In this document: one piece after another, positions 61,098-64,000 of the stretch
Layout of the letters: each line of letters opens with the position of its first letter
How positions within the stretch are numbered: the stretch's first letter is position 1
Source of the DNA: Octopus bimaculoides
Taxonomy: Eukaryota
Direction of reading: 5' to 3'
NCBI RefSeq assembly: GCF_001194135.2
Contig: NC_068990.1
Span: forward strand, 30,146,432-30,210,431
DNA length: 64,000 bases
Notes under the pieces: generated by a model
Seen by the model: only the letters and a program-made list of their open reading frames with translations
What the model was told of the DNA's origin: nothing
Databases searched by the model: none
Made by a program: the position numbers and the translations under genes

Positions 61098-62029
61098 TTT
61101 TCACCATTGTTCCTTGTATTTCTTGGTCTTCTTCTTCTCTTTACCTTCTCCTTTCTTTCTCTCTCTCAATAATCCTATTATCATTGTGATTACGTTATTA
61201 AAAGCGACATGTCAGAAGTGTTCTGTAAGCTTGGCTCTGGTTAAATTCCTAAAATATTCATAATCTTTTGTCATTTGTTGTTGAAAGAATGGCCTCCAGC
61301 TAATAATAGTAATACTTGGGTGAAAAATGTCAAGATTTTCTTTTTCCCGCTCTCTCTCTCTCCCTCTCTCTTCATCTTTCTGTCTGTTGTCCCTCTCTAC
61401 CAGTCTCTTTCTTTCTTTCTTTCTCTTCTCTTTCTCTCTATCAGTCTATCTCTGTCTTCCATCTCTCTCTCTCTCTCCCTCTCTCTGCAATGACAACAAT
61501 AGTTTATGAGCCAATGGTCTTTCAAATTGCTAGAAGCATCGACCAAATTATCCTAAAATATTAGACCCTATCACCTTAAAAAAGGAAGGACACATTGGAC
61601 ATTGTATTCCTAGCTACACTATGTCTGAACAAAAGATGGAATGGGCATGGTGGAATGCCTTTCATCGAAGCTTTCACTTGATTAGAGCTGACCTACTCCT
61701 CCACTTGCCACTTCTAGTAGCTCCAGCTGGGAGTGAAACCACAACTGCTTCATTCAGTTTCCCGCACCCTCCCACCATTGGTGACTTTTCTGTCCTTGAA
61801 AATATCTTGTCTTTTAGTTGTTTCAGTCAGTGTGCTGCAGCCATGCTGGAGCACCACCTTGCAGGGTTTGACTGAACAAATTGGATCCGGTGCTTATTTT
61901 CCAAGTCTTGTGCTTTTGGTCTCCTTTGCTGAACTTCTAAGTTATAGGGACATAAATAAACCAATACCAGTTGTCAAGTGATGGTGGGGAACAAACACAG
62001 ACATGCGCGCGCGCACACACACACACACA

Positions 62030-62325
62030 CATATAGATAGATAGACAGACAGACAGACAGATAGATAGATGGGTTTTTGGGTGGGTGGGTAGAGAGATAG
62101 ATGGATAGGTAGATAGGTAGGCAGGTAGGCAGGTGGATAAGTGGATAGATAGATAGATAGATAGATAGATAGTGGGATATATANNNNNNNNNNNNNNNNN
62201 NNNNNNNNNNNNNNNNNNNNNNNNNNNNNNNNNNNNNNNNNNNNNNNNNNNNAGAGAAATACATGGGTAGGTAGGCAGATAGATAGATAGATGGGTAGAT
62301 AGGTAGGTAGATAGATATTAGGTTG
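62030..62325. repeat. Compound GATA/GACA/GGTA/GGCA tetranucleotide array spanning a gap
   Basis: Read directly; N-gap at 62184-62252. Confidence 0.9.
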
Positions 62326-63354
62326 ATGATGCTACCATATTTAAAGAGTTTATCTCAAACAACTGCCACACTTTGTCCTACAATAAATTTATTCTTGTTA
62401 TTCAAGAGATTTGCCTTTCTGCTTAAGACTTTATCTAAAAATCACACAAAGACTGCCTTATGAAATATTTGTCTTTGAAACATTTTTTTTCTTTTTCTTT
62501 TTAACTTTCTATTTTGGAAGTGCCTTACAGTTTCTGTGATTATTCAAGCTAGTTCCTGTTTTAGTTCTTTCTGTTTTTTAATTTTTTGTCATAAATTATT
62601 TATTAATTTTAGTGTCCTATTCCAAGTAGAAGCTTATTTGTTGGTTTTTTTTTTTGTTTCTTCCCATACTACCAAGAATTATTAAAGTTTTCAATGCCAG
62701 TCAAAATGTAATGATGTAATGGCTAAAACAGACACAGCCAAGTGCCAAGAGATTCTTCAATGATTACATAAAAGAAATAGCTACTGACAAACACCCTTCA
62801 GTCAGTTATGCTTCATTAACCTTTAACCATTGTACTGTGATCGGAGTTTTCTGTTTCTTTTGATAGTCATCCACATTAGAATAGTACTCTCATAATCTAA
62901 TTAATTCTCTTAATTTAACTCTGAGTATCTGTTGTTCCTATTTCTTAAACAGAATACACAATAATGTAGAGGCTGCAAACCTGGGTATTGCTGCCCATTA
63001 TGCAGACGAGAAAAATAAACAAATACAGGGTCCTGACCAGCTATTATTTGTTTCTGCAGTCGGAAACTCAGGTGTTCTCAAACCTCACACTGCTTATTTC
63101 CTCTGCAAAATCAGAAGAGTTACAGCCTGTCTGAGAAATGCAGACGATCATCAGTTTATTTATTTTATTTATTTCAAGATATTACTGTTATAATCTGTCT
63201 TGTAGTGTGTGTGATCCCTGTAGCAAATTCTCAGTAAACTAAGTCTGTGACTCAGGTTTCGTCAGTGATTATAGCTATTTCATAATCTCAAATGATACTA
63301 TTCAGGAAATTTATGAACATCACATCTACCCGTCTGCTGTCAACTATATCGTGG

Positions 63355-63700
63355 TACTCCATCAGTTGCAACGATGAGAGTTCCAGTTAATCCAATCAAT
63401 GGAACAGCCTGCTTGTGAAATTAACATGCAAGTGGCTGAGCACGCCACAGACGCGTGTACCCTTAACGTAGTTCTGGGGGAGATTCAGCACGACACAGAA
63501 ATACAGGTACAACAGAAATAGGAAGAGAGAAAGTTGTGGTGAAAGAGTACAGCAGGGTTCGCCACCACCCCCTGCCTGAGCCTCATGGAGCTTAATGTGT
63601 TTTTGCTCAATAAATACTCACAAGGCCCAGTCTGGGAATTGAAACTACAATCCTATAACTGCAAGACAGCTGCCCTAACCACTGGGCCATTGCACCTCCA
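63355..63700 (-). mobile_element. SINE of the 20638 family
   Basis: Ends in CCCTAACCACTGGGCCATTGCACCTCCA, the reverse complement of the head, and has the shared tail. Confidence 0.85.
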
Positions 63701-64000
63701 TGCCGTCTACTTAAAACATGAAGAATGATCCATTTGTGATTATATATCTTCAACAATGGAATGTGAGGCAATTGACCTAAAATATTTCACTTATCAATGA
63801 GATAAAATTGTTTCCAAGAAAAATTCATTCTCTTCTCATTATCAGTGTTTTAAATTTGTTCAAATGTCACTTTTGAGTTCTGTGTCAAATTTGATATTAA
63901 CTAATGTTTAAAATTTGTTTCTTTTCCAAGAATTCGATATGTAAATAATACAGTGGTTTTAATTTCCCAAAATAATGCTATTAATATATTTTGGTAAAAG

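Larger units (their letters stand above)
9924..62252. other. Assembly gaps (N runs)
   Basis: 9924-10050, 12149-12193, 12978-13541, 22552-22561, 23866-24562, 28574-28791, 35104-35426, 43266-43275, 44750-44759, 52067-52105, 56418-56517, 62184-62252. Most abut simple repeats. Confidence 0.98.

Overview
AT-rich, microsatellite-dense eukaryotic genomic DNA with 12 N-gaps. The SINE, LINE and MITE content suggests a coleoid cephalopod, probably Octopus; this is an inference from the repeat families. One spliced plus-strand gene spans most of the window. Its six coding exons are 1714-2190, 26843-26912, 36483-36622, 37833-37980, 46464-46631 and 54970-55663, all with AG/GT boundaries and matching phases, and they join into one open frame of about 565 aa whose start lies upstream of 1714. 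The last two exons encode the IP3-receptor-binding signature of the KRAP/SSFA2 (ITPRID2)-TESPA1-ITPRID1 family (DKTQQWL...SSIDILL...NPEEILRSLGFG...IPQRFF). The protein ends in ETLV, a class I PDZ-ligand-like motif. The introns contain a decayed DD34D mariner, a full-length DD37D (maT-type) element with TIRs and a TA TSD, two fragments of a second DD37D-like family, and piggyBac and hAT MITEs with TSDs. They also contain RTE and CR1 LINE remnants, about 20 RTE 3' ends, several modular tRNA-SINE families, minisatellites derived from transposons and several long inverted repeats. No CRISPR arrays, rRNA or intact tRNA genes were found. Most ORFs in the supplied track are microsatellite, gap or repeat artefacts.
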